DNA of 64,000 nucleotides from Candidatus Bathyarchaeia archaeon (GTDB lineage Archaea; Thermoproteota; Bathyarchaeia; Bathyarchaeales; Bathycorpusculaceae): NCBI GenBank assembly GCA_050015395.1, contig JBEKBM010000011.1, positions 22,940 to 86,939 of the forward strand, read 5' to 3'. Shown piece by piece: positions 28,775 to 37,721 of this stretch (position 1 is its first letter; each line of letters starts with the position of its first letter). The notes under the pieces were generated by a model. It saw only the letters and a program-made list of their open reading frames with translations, ran no database searches and was not told where the DNA came from. The position numbers and the translations under genes were made by a program.

Positions 28775-29222
28775 CTATATTTATAGAGGCAATCATCGTG
28801 TCTCCTGGAGACACGGCTATGCTGGTTAATCTTACAGCAAAACTTGGCAGCAATTCATACCAAGCAGTATAGGTGTCCTGCCCATTTACCACATCGTGCT
28901 CCGTTCCAACTTGAATTAAGCTTTTGTCCGATTGACCGCCGATTCCAATCCAAGCAGAAGAATAGCCGTCACCTGATGAAACGTTAACTTTCGGCACTAT
29001 CCATGAAGCGTTTACACCCATAACTTCAAACTTGGAATTAGAATCTTTTTCAATGATGTATCCAGCCCAGCTTAAGCTTGAAACGCTTTGACCTTGAGGA
29101 TAACTAGCAAACAATGACGCCAAAATCGAGAGCAAAGATAAAGATAACACTAACAAAAGAACCCAAACAAGAATAAGAAAAACCGCTCTGGTCCTAAACT
29201 TTCTTTTTTCCTGCAAAAGCAA
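28775..29222 (-). pseudogene. 5' half of interrupted G1 glutamic peptidase
   Basis: Signal/TM, SLSWAGY, ASWIVP, AWIGIGG, LIQVGTE (catalytic Gln), AWYE, VSPGD; similarity ends at the CTATATTT repeat. Confidence 0.9.
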
Positions 29223-29345
29223 TTTTCCTCAATTTACCGTTAATAAAAATGAATCACTCTCGCTAGAAAAAAACCACTTCTAATTTTTATAGATATTGGA
29301 AAATAGCCAAACCCCAAGAAGTTTGAAAAAGGGGTTAGTTAAGCA

Positions 29346-29510
29346 TCTTAGGACGTTTTTGTGTGTGTGCTCAAGCTACCCTCCCGGTCTACTAGATGCT
29401 TCTAATATGCTTCAAATATGATTCAACATAGATGTGCATAGAACTGAGACCGCGCACTTTGCATGCAGAATGGTGCTTTTCAACATAGAAAAAGCTGTTT
29501 TTTGATGTAG
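29346..29510 (-). repeat. Conserved non-coding element, copy B (inverted relative to copy A)
   Basis: Shares ctatgttgaatcatatttg, catctagtagaccgggagg, aaagtgcgcg and aaacgtcctaaga with 15721-15882. Confidence 0.85.
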
Positions 29511-29666
29511 AAAAAAAGCACTAAAAAGAAAAAACAAGAGCTAAATATACACAGCTAATTAAATTAGAAACCAAACCGTGCCAAAACTACAAATACCCAA
29601 AAATATCCGTACTAACTAAGGTGAATATTCAAATGCTTAATTCCCAGAGGTTACAGAGTATTTTTT

Positions 29667-30506
29667 ATGTTTCAAGTGAAACCGATGCGCGCTGGCGATT
29701 TTCCGTTTGCAACTAAATTAGCCAACACTATGAACTGGAACATGGCAAGGGAAGATTTTGAGTTTATGGCTTCGCTTGAGCCAGAGGGTTGTTTTGTTGT
29801 TTTTCAGGGTTCTGAACGTTTAGGTATAGCTACAAGTATCAGTTTCGGGAAAGTAGGTTGGTTTGGCAACTTAATAGTTAAAGAAAGCACTCGGAACAAG
29901 GGTGCTGGAAGCCTTCTTGTAAAGCACGCTGTTAACTATTTGCAAAGCAAAGGCGTCAAAACCATTGGGCTTTACGCTTATCCAAACCTGATTGGCTTCT
30001 ACGGCAACTTAGGCTTCGAACGTGATGAGGATTTTTCGGTATTGCATGCGGAATCATTGGGTTCTTTGACCGCTGAAACTCTGCCCAAAATTGGAACGCG
30101 GCAAATTCAGGCAGTAGCCGAGTTTGATAGCGGATGTTTTGGCGGAAACAGAAAAAAACTGCTGGAATTCATCATTTTTGAAAAGGGCAATTTAAGCTAT
30201 TATCTGGCTGAGAATGATGAGGTTGTTGGATATGTGGCCGCTAAGGTTTACGAGAAAATGGTTGAGGTTGGACCATTAATATGTCAGGCAGGTCACGTTG
30301 ATGATGCTGTTTCTCTTCTCAAAGCGGCTCTTGTAAAATTAACGGGTTTAAGCGTTTACGCGGTGCTGCCCAAAAAAGAAACTGCACTTGCGGACATGCT
30401 TTTTAGTGTTGGTTTTAAGGAAGATTTTAGTGTGTCAAGAATGTTTCTAGGTCAAGCTGTCTCAAAAAATTGTATATACATGGCTGAATCTTTAGAAAGA
30501 GGATAA
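29667..30506 (+). CDS. Tandem GNAT N-acetyltransferase
   Basis: RNKGAGSLL, FYGNLGF, VGPL. Confidence 0.85.
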   Translation: MFQVKPMRAGDFPFATKLANTMNWNMAREDFEFMASLEPEGCFVVFQGSERLGIATSISFGKVGWFGNLIVKESTRNKGAGSLLVKHAVNYLQSKGVKTIGLYAYPNLIGFYGNLGFERDEDFSVLHAESLGSLTAETLPKIGTRQIQAVAEFDSGCFGGNRKKLLEFIIFEKGNLSYYLAENDEVVGYVAAKVYEKMVEVGPLICQAGHVDDAVSLLKAALVKLTGLSVYAVLPKKETALADMLFSVGFKEDFSVSRMFLGQAVSKNCIYMAESLERG

Positions 30507-30509
30507 TTT

Positions 30510-31874
30510 ATGAGTGAAGATTACTGCAAGATTTTACTTGAAGATTTTCTTAAGAATTCTTGGTTAAGCGTAAAAGTCTTAGTTGAAAAACTAAGCAGTT
30601 TCAAAGAAGAGAAGCGTGCCAAACAGGTAACGTTATTTCATTATGTTAACGGTCAGAAAGTAAACGTTCAATTTGAGGGCAACCGGTTTTTTTTAAGAGG
30701 CTCAGTTGAGTACACAAATCCCCAGCTAACCGTTGAGGAAGTACAAGGAATTATTGGCACGCGCCTGCTTGAGGCTTGCGGAAACTACTTTGAAAAATAC
30801 GGTTTACATGAACCAAACAGTGGCGACATTGCTCAGCTCTTGGAGATATTGAAAAAGCCGCCTGAAGACTGCATTGTTCCTTTTTTGCTGAACACTGACG
30901 ATGTAGAGGCAGACCGGTACTCCATGAATCCGCTGAAACATTCCATTGTGGCGAGTGGGCAAAGCGCTTTTCCAGCAGCATACGTTAAAACTGACCAGCT
31001 AAAGGTCGATGAGGCGTTCGTTAAAAAGTATGATGGCACCTTAATCTCTAAAGGTGAAGCAGAACTAATAGGCAACAGCCTTAAAGACGCTAATGGTTCT
31101 TACTTGGATTTGGTTGATTCAGTAAAGTACAAGCAGCTTGAGCCGCTATCTGAGTTCTTCGGCATGAACCTGTCACTTTACGCCCTACGAATGCCTCTTT
31201 CAACCCTGCAAACGGAAGGAAAAGACGGTTTACTGCATTACATTATCAGTGAAAGCCACCGCGATTACGAGGCTATTAACGAAGCTTACTCTTGCATGGG
31301 CAGAAGCATGACAAAGCGAACAACGCTGCTGACGGTGCCGCATTCAAAAAAAGGCTACGGCTCCAAACGGGTAGCCCGCGGCAAAATACACTTTGAAGAT
31401 GGTAAACTGCTGGATGTTACCGTCAAATACAAGACTACTAAGCTTTACCCCAACGCCATTGACACGGACGATGTTGCGGTTGCCCAAGCAGATGACAGTT
31501 TCACTGTAACAGGAGAAAAACTTGGCGATTACAGTTTTTCAGAGACACCCTCATCACCCCAATTCTTCCTTTACTCCATAGGTTCACCTGAAGACGCAGC
31601 GGTTTGGCACGGAGTCGGCGCCTTCGCTTCTCCACAACTGCTCCAAAGCTATTCGTCGGCCCGCAAGGCTTGCCGAGAAGGAAAGCTAATTAAAAATCTG
31701 AACCAAAAATATAACATTAAAGCGGAACTACCATTGCAGTTTAACCTTGCCCCCGAAGGCATATGGAGCCACCCAGTTCACCGTAACATCGACGCCAGCA
31801 TCGGAACCGTAGATGACCTTCCAGATTTGGCGCATAGAGGAATGAAGATTGAGTATCTTTCAGCTTTCAAGTAG
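30510..31874 (+). CDS. Hypothetical protein
   Basis: 454-aa ORF in an operon; no recognised motif. Confidence 0.75.
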   Translation: MSEDYCKILLEDFLKNSWLSVKVLVEKLSSFKEEKRAKQVTLFHYVNGQKVNVQFEGNRFFLRGSVEYTNPQLTVEEVQGIIGTRLLEACGNYFEKYGLHEPNSGDIAQLLEILKKPPEDCIVPFLLNTDDVEADRYSMNPLKHSIVASGQSAFPAAYVKTDQLKVDEAFVKKYDGTLISKGEAELIGNSLKDANGSYLDLVDSVKYKQLEPLSEFFGMNLSLYALRMPLSTLQTEGKDGLLHYIISESHRDYEAINEAYSCMGRSMTKRTTLLTVPHSKKGYGSKRVARGKIHFEDGKLLDVTVKYKTTKLYPNAIDTDDVAVAQADDSFTVTGEKLGDYSFSETPSSPQFFLYSIGSPEDAAVWHGVGAFASPQLLQSYSSARKACREGKLIKNLNQKYNIKAELPLQFNLAPEGIWSHPVHRNIDASIGTVDDLPDLAHRGMKIEYLSAFK

Positions 31875-31880
31875 GAGCAG

Positions 31881-32417
31881 TTGTGTGCTTTGTCGGCTAT
31901 AGAGTATGCGGTATTTAGGATTTTTCGTTTGTTTAGGAAACTTCCTTTTAACCCACTTAGCATTGTAAACCGTAAGGTAATTTTCGCAGAATACTTTAAG
32001 GATTTTGGCAAACTTGATGCAGTGAAACGTATTTTTGGCGAAAAAACCGAAGAAGTCCTCCGTCACCTCAAGGTGGAACTCAGCTGGATTTTCGGCTACA
32101 TGTACGTGGACGGCTCCGACGGGCACCTTACAATAAGCAAAAGCTACCTAAACAACGGCAACAGAACTGACATTTACTTGGATTTAATCCATGAATTGTG
32201 TCATGTCAAGCAGTTTATGGATGGAAGAGAACTCTTTGACCCCCGGTACGATTATGTGGAGCGACCCACCGAGATTGAAGCTTACCGTTATGCTGTCCAA
32301 GAAGCAAGACGGCTCGGACTCAGCGAGGCGAGAATCTGCTTGTATTTGAAGACTGAGTGGATGAGTGAATACGACTTTAAACGGTTAGCAAAAGCAGTTA
32401 ACGTCTCATGTTGCTAA
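31881..32417 (+). CDS. HExxH zinc metallopeptidase-like protein (start uncertain)
   Basis: LIHELCHVKQ...EIEAY. Confidence 0.7.
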   Translation: MCALSAIEYAVFRIFRLFRKLPFNPLSIVNRKVIFAEYFKDFGKLDAVKRIFGEKTEEVLRHLKVELSWIFGYMYVDGSDGHLTISKSYLNNGNRTDIYLDLIHELCHVKQFMDGRELFDPRYDYVERPTEIEAYRYAVQEARRLGLSEARICLYLKTEWMSEYDFKRLAKAVNVSCC

Positions 32418-33596
32418 TGCCTCATGGTAAACATTGAGCATTTTTTGAGCGCAAATGTTCCACGTGAAGTTCTCAGTCACAAACCTTCTGCCGTTAGCGC
32501 CCATTTTTTCTCGCAGCGACTGGTCTGAAAGCAGCTTCATTATGGCATCTGCCAACTTATCGGTGCTGCCCCGCTTCACAAGCAAACCTGTTTCGCCGTT
32601 GCAGACGGCTTCATTGACTCCGCCCACGTCAAAAGCAACAACTGGCTTAGCTGATGCTTGGGCTTCAAGCAGCACTATGCCTTGTCCCTCCTGAATAGAC
32701 GGCAAAGCAAACACGTCAGCGCAATTATACACTGCTGGGAGCATATCCTCTTTAACATTACCCAGAAACGTAAAGTTGCCTGAAAGATTCGCAGCCTCAA
32801 GTTTTCTGAGTAGCTGGTTTCTTAATGGTCCTTCTCCAACGATTATAAACTTGGTTTCCTTGTATTCTTTTACAATTTTTTTGGCGGCTTCAACCAGAAA
32901 AGGCAACCCCTTCCGAGGGATCAAACTGCCGACAAAAAGCACACAAGGCTCATTCTCTAATCCGAATTGCCTCTTTACTGCCGCTTGGTCTTCAAAGGGC
33001 TTAAATTTCTCTGGGTCAACGCCGTTTGGAACAATCCGAATTTTAGCCGCATCAACATTATAGAACTGCTTAATTTTCTCAAGCGAATACTGGCTTATTG
33101 TGACTATTAGTGTGGCTTTTTTCGCTGTTTCCTCTTCCAGCTTGGCAAGTCTATGCATGAAATAGTTAGCAATTCTGCCTCTAAATGACTGGTACCTGTT
33201 TTCTCTTGCTTGCTCGTACTCGTCGGCAAGGACGCCGTGAATCGTGTGCACAAATGGTTTTTTGATGCCATGGTTATTTAGTGCTTTTAAGAGTCCATAG
33301 CCGCTTACCGCATGGGCTTCATAAACATCAGCGTCAATAGCGCCTGCTTTTTTTGCGATGCTTCTGTTGAAGAACCAGTTATCTAAAGGAAAAATTCTGT
33401 CTGTTGAATAGCACGGAACAAAACTTACGCCGCCAATGATAGTTGATTCTTTGAAGCCTGCCTTGGTGCCGCTGTAAACGGTGATGTCCACTTGGTTTTG
33501 CAGTCGCTTGGCAGTTTCGATTATCCGCTTTTCCACTCCTCCAAAGTACAGGTGAGGCGGCTGAGTGTTGAAGACGGCTAACCGAAACTTTCCCAT
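32406..33596 (-). CDS. Glycosyltransferase family 4
   Basis: VPNGVD, KGLPFL, EGQGIVLLEA. Confidence 0.9.
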   Translation of the reverse strand: MGKFRLAVFNTQPPHLYFGGVEKRIIETAKRLQNQVDITVYSGTKAGFKESTIIGGVSFVPCYSTDRIFPLDNWFFNRSIAKKAGAIDADVYEAHAVSGYGLLKALNNHGIKKPFVHTIHGVLADEYEQARENRYQSFRGRIANYFMHRLAKLEEETAKKATLIVTISQYSLEKIKQFYNVDAAKIRIVPNGVDPEKFKPFEDQAAVKRQFGLENEPCVLFVGSLIPRKGLPFLVEAAKKIVKEYKETKFIIVGEGPLRNQLLRKLEAANLSGNFTFLGNVKEDMLPAVYNCADVFALPSIQEGQGIVLLEAQASAKPVVAFDVGGVNEAVCNGETGLLVKRGSTDKLADAIMKLLSDQSLREKMGANGRRFVTENFTWNICAQKMLNVYHEALAT

Positions 33597-33742
33597 TCAT
33601 TACACTTCTGTTACACGTTGATTGAACTTAGCTAATGTTAACTTCCATTTGCATATAAGTTAGATTGCTCTTTTGCTTGAAGATGCTGAGACGAAGCTTT
33701 TTAAAACTGAATTAATCTAGATATTTCTAGCGGGTTTTAACA

Positions 33743-34051
33743 GTGCTTAATGATTTTGAACTTGTTATCTACGGTCTTATCGGAACCGAAATTTTCGCGT
33801 TCAGCTCAGGTGATTTCAGGGACGTTTTAAAGGCTGTGACAAAAGCAAGGAGCAGCATAAATCAGGTCTCTAAAGAGTCTACCCTGCTGTTGACTCAAGC
33901 AGCGCTATCAGCGCCAGAGTCTAGCAACAAAGACCTTATGCTTTTGAAGGCGGCGAATAACCTTGGGATTGTCACGCTTGGCAAGACCCGTGAGCAGCTC
34001 ACCGAAGAGATTAATGTTAAAGTCAGAAAACTAACCATTAGCACCGTTTAA
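33743..34051 (+). CDS. Hypothetical protein
   Basis: 102-aa ORF in an intergenic gap. Confidence 0.5.
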   Translation: MLNDFELVIYGLIGTEIFAFSSGDFRDVLKAVTKARSSINQVSKESTLLLTQAALSAPESSNKDLMLLKAANNLGIVTLGKTREQLTEEINVKVRKLTISTV

Positions 34052-34173
34052 CATCTTCATTATACCTAAATTAAGGCATAGAATGCATAGTCCGCACTAT
34101 TTCATATGCCCAATCGCTATGGCTTAATACTTTTATATAGTCTCTTAGCGTATTTTTCGGTACGGGATGAAAA

Positions 34174-37100
34174 GTGACTGCCCAATCCGAAGCTGACTCA
34201 AACCAAAGCTTACCAACAAACTACAATCCGCTTGAACTTGAAAAGGAAATCCGCGAATTCTGGATTAAATGTCAAATTCGAGACAAACTTGAGCTTATCG
34301 AAAAAGACGCTAAGGGCATCTTAGGTTACGTGGAGGGACCGCCCACATTAAATGGCATCCCACACATTGGACACGCACGTGGACGGGTAATGAAGGATAT
34401 TCGTTACCGATGGAAAACCATGCAGGGCTACTACATGCCTTTTTGGGCTGGATGGGACTGCCAAGGCTTACCCGTGGAGCTGGAAGTTGAAAAACTCCTC
34501 GGCGTCAAAAACAAGCGCGAACTTCTCGAGCATGTTGGTCAAGAACGTTTCATTGAGGAATGCAAGAAAGCAATCATGCGCTATCATGGGATGTGGCTTG
34601 AGGCCGACACAAACCTCGGCGTTTTTATCAATCAGGAGAAGGCTTACTGGACCTACAAAGACGGCTACATCGAACGTGAATGGCAAATCCTAAAACGAGC
34701 ATGGGAACAAAACCTCCTCGAAGAAGGGCACTACGTGGTCGCTTACTGTCCAGGATGCCAAACATCGCTGAGCAGCGCAGAAGTTGGTTATGAAGGCAGC
34801 TACAAGGAAGTGGAAGACCCATCATTATACTTCAAATTCAAAGTCTCTGGCAGCAAAAACGAGTTTTTCCTTGTTTGGACAACAATGCCCTTCACAATAA
34901 TAACCGACACTATGCTCGCGGTTCAGCCAAACGCTGAATACGTGAAAGTGAAAGTCGGCGAAGAAACCTGGATAATGGTAAAGCAACGCGTCGAGCCAGT
35001 TATGCAGGAACTCGATATAATAAAGTATCAAGTCACCGAACAAATGTTGGGTAAAAGCTTGGAAGGCACAGCCTACGACTACCCATTAAAAGACTTAATT
35101 CCTAAACAAGCGGAGCTTGAAACCAAGCATCCCTTGGTGCATAAGGTTATAGGCGAAGAATTCGTTGACGTTAACACTGCCACAGGTGTTGTGCATCTTT
35201 CGCCTGGAAACGGTGAAGACGATTTTTGGGCAGCACAACGCAGAGGCGTTCCCATCTTCGCTCCATTCGACGATGAAGTAAAATTCACCAAAGACGCAGG
35301 AATGTTCGTTGGTGTTTTTGCTCGCGACGCCGATTACTTGGTTGTTGAAGAACTCCGCAACCAGAACGCTTTCGTCAAAGTCGTAAAGGTGAAACATGAG
35401 TACCCAACTTGCTGGCGTTCTCACCACAAACTCGTTTGGCTAGCAAGAAAAGAATACTTTTTGCGCACAGACAAGTTAAACAGCAAAGTGCTTGAGGCTG
35501 CGGAAAAAGTTGAATACTTTTTTGAGGAACCAAGAAACCGGTTTTTGGGTTTTCTGAAAGAAGGAAAGCCATGGTGCATAAGCCGAGAACGCATCTGGGG
35601 CACACCGCTGCCAATTTGGGCGTGCGAAAAATGCGGCAACAAGCGCATAGTCGGAAGTAAAAAAGAACTAATTGAAAACGCTCAGGAAACGATTCCTGAA
35701 GACTTTGAGTTGCACAAGCCGTGGGTTGACCGAATTACGTTTAAATGCGAAAAATGCGGCGGAAGCATGCGCCGAGAAGACTTCGTATTGGACACTTGGC
35801 ATAACAGTGGCGCTTCACCATACGCACGCTTTACCGACGAAGAAGTTGAGAAGTTTGTGCCAACAGCCTTCTTAACTGAAGGCATCGACCAAACGAGAGG
35901 CTGGGCGAACTCGTTGCTGCTTGAATACGTTGTTTTAACCGGAGAACCAGTTGCCCCATACAAGTCATTTCTGTTTCAAGGTTTAACGCAGGATGCGAAA
36001 GGCAGAAAAATGAGTAAAAGCTTAGGCAACGTAGTTGAAACCAACAAGCTATTGGAGAAGAACTCAGCTGACCTGTGCCGCTTTTATATGACGCGCAAAT
36101 GCTCGCCGATTGATTTTATGAATTTTGACATGCAAGAACTAAACCGTCGCCCATACCAAGTTCTGTCGACGCTGTATCATTTAAGCAGGTTCTTTATGCA
36201 AAACGCAGCTTTCGACGAGTTCGATCCAGGCAAGTACACGTTAGATTGGGCTTTTGAGGCAAATAAGCTTGAGGCAGCTGACTTGTGGCTGCTGTCTAAA
36301 CTGCAAGAGAAAATTGAAGACTACACCAACAAGCTTGAAAGGTGCGAATTCAACGTTGCCGTAGCCGTTTTGGATGATTTCGTAATTGAAACACTGAGCA
36401 GGCTTTACGTGCCTATGATTCGAAAGGAGCTTTGGACTGATGAGCCTGAAACGCTTGAGAGACGCCAAACCATCTATGCGCTGCTACATCATACGCTGAA
36501 GACGGTAACGTTGCTCTTCAACCCAGTCACGCCTTACCTGAGCGAGGTATTGTACCAGAAAGTTTACAGGCAACTTGAACCCGAACTGCCCGAATCGGTC
36601 AATTTCGCTGCTTGGCCTGTGCCAAACCAGAAAATGCGTGACAAAGCCCTTGAAGAGCAATTTGAAGTTCTGCTTAAAACGGTATCAATAGCTTACGCTG
36701 CAAGGCAACAGGGGAAGCTGAAGCGAAGGTGGCCACTTAGTAAAGCAATCGTGGTTGCGCCACAAAAAACACTAGCAGCATTAAAGTGTCTTGAGGCATT
36801 GTTCTTGGAGCTTACAAACGTGAAAGCCGCAGAATACGCAGTGCAGGTTCCGGAGTACGTTGAAGGCGAGAACTGGGTTTCCAGTCAAGAAGGCGACATA
36901 ACCGTATTCGTAAGCGGGCAACGGGACGAAACCCTGCTGGGCGAAGGCATAATGCGAGATTTGGCGCGTCGTGTCCAAGCGCTGCGCAAAGAGATGGGGT
37001 TTGTACCGACGGATGTTTTAGAGTCGGTTCACATTGCCGAGTTGGATGCTGAAAGCATGACGCTCCTGAAGCCGTATCTGGAAGAGATGGCTGGACTGGT

Positions 37101-37203
37101 GAGAGCTAGGAAAGTGTATTTGCATGGCAGTCGCAGTGAAGTTGAAGCAGAATGGCACGAATCAGAGTTAGACGGCAAAAAAATATACCTTAACATTCAC
37201 TAG
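34174..37203 (+). CDS. ileS: Isoleucine--tRNA ligase
   Basis: EGPP...PHIGH, GWDCQGLP, WTTMPFT, WCISRER, EGIDQTRGW, KMSKS. Confidence 0.97.
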   Translation: MTAQSEADSNQSLPTNYNPLELEKEIREFWIKCQIRDKLELIEKDAKGILGYVEGPPTLNGIPHIGHARGRVMKDIRYRWKTMQGYYMPFWAGWDCQGLPVELEVEKLLGVKNKRELLEHVGQERFIEECKKAIMRYHGMWLEADTNLGVFINQEKAYWTYKDGYIEREWQILKRAWEQNLLEEGHYVVAYCPGCQTSLSSAEVGYEGSYKEVEDPSLYFKFKVSGSKNEFFLVWTTMPFTIITDTMLAVQPNAEYVKVKVGEETWIMVKQRVEPVMQELDIIKYQVTEQMLGKSLEGTAYDYPLKDLIPKQAELETKHPLVHKVIGEEFVDVNTATGVVHLSPGNGEDDFWAAQRRGVPIFAPFDDEVKFTKDAGMFVGVFARDADYLVVEELRNQNAFVKVVKVKHEYPTCWRSHHKLVWLARKEYFLRTDKLNSKVLEAAEKVEYFFEEPRNRFLGFLKEGKPWCISRERIWGTPLPIWACEKCGNKRIVGSKKELIENAQETIPEDFELHKPWVDRITFKCEKCGGSMRREDFVLDTWHNSGASPYARFTDEEVEKFVPTAFLTEGIDQTRGWANSLLLEYVVLTGEPVAPYKSFLFQGLTQDAKGRKMSKSLGNVVETNKLLEKNSADLCRFYMTRKCSPIDFMNFDMQELNRRPYQVLSTLYHLSRFFMQNAAFDEFDPGKYTLDWAFEANKLEAADLWLLSKLQEKIEDYTNKLERCEFNVAVAVLDDFVIETLSRLYVPMIRKELWTDEPETLERRQTIYALLHHTLKTVTLLFNPVTPYLSEVLYQKVYRQLEPELPESVNFAAWPVPNQKMRDKALEEQFEVLLKTVSIAYAARQQGKLKRRWPLSKAIVVAPQKTLAALKCLEALFLELTNVKAAEYAVQVPEYVEGENWVSSQEGDITVFVSGQRDETLLGEGIMRDLARRVQALRKEMGFVPTDVLESVHIAELDAESMTLLKPYLEEMAGLVRARKVYLHGSRSEVEAEWHESELDGKKIYLNIH

Positions 37204-37244
37204 AAAACGTATAACTTAAAAACCGTAAAAATGAAGGGAAAAAT

Positions 37245-37421
37245 ATGGTGGAAGAAGCAAACAACAACATAAATTACAAGTGCCCCCACTGCCCATGCAT
37301 ATTCTTAACTAAAGCAGACCTGCAGAAACACATAAACTGCTTCGGCAATGTCAAAGAAGAACACGAGTTTTCTTACCGCAAAACTCACGGCAGACTAGAA
37401 CACGGGTACGGCGAAGAATAA
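37245..37421 (+). CDS. Small C2H2-like zinc-finger protein
   Basis: Manual translation ...YKCPHCPCIFLTKADLQKHINC... Confidence 0.65.
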   Translation: MVEEANNNINYKCPHCPCIFLTKADLQKHINCFGNVKEEHEFSYRKTHGRLEHGYGEE

Positions 37422-37524
37422 GCCTTAATCTACCCATAGCCTCATTTCTTTTAGTCCAAGACTTTGTTAACCGAAACCTCTAAATGTGCTCACTAAGGTA
37501 TTTTTTCAGAAACGCGCCAAGGAG

Positions 37525-37599
37525 GGGCCGGTAGATCAGCTCGGTATGATCGCCGCGTTCGCAACGCGGAAGCCGCGGGTTCAAATCCCGCCCGGTCCA
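37525..37599 (+). tRNA. tRNA-Ala(CGC)
   Basis: Full cloverleaf: gggccgg/ccggtcc acceptor, ttCGCaa loop, ggttcaaatcc T arm. Confidence 0.95.
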
Positions 37600-37721
37600 C
37601 TATGTTTTTGCAAAAATAGCTTGATTTTAATTTACCCTTTAGCGTTGTCTGCGTTTGTTGACGACTAAACCGTTACTAAGAGCTTATGCAGCCTGGTCCT
37701 CAACCTTAACTGTTTTATATC

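Larger units (their letters stand above)
19786..28782. mobile_element. ~9-kb integrative element (integrated plasmid/provirus-like) inserted in the G1 peptidase gene
   Basis: 8-bp direct repeat CTATATTT at 19786-19793 and 28775-28782; integrase, P-loop rep-like gene and RHH proteins inside; more CpG-rich than the flanks. Confidence 0.9.

Noticed and set aside
15721-29510. Terminal inverted repeats of a transposon or invertible segment
   Set aside because: The copies are too diverged, are conserved in blocks, show no evident target duplication and do not coincide with the element boundaries.
34468-36978. Many short antisense and alternate-frame ORFs over ileS, and likewise over ppdK, thrB and others
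   Set aside because: These are shadow ORFs of well-supported genes.
37486-37668. ORF over tRNA-Ala, and 42555-42953 over the att copy
   Set aside because: Spurious translations of tRNA-derived sequence.
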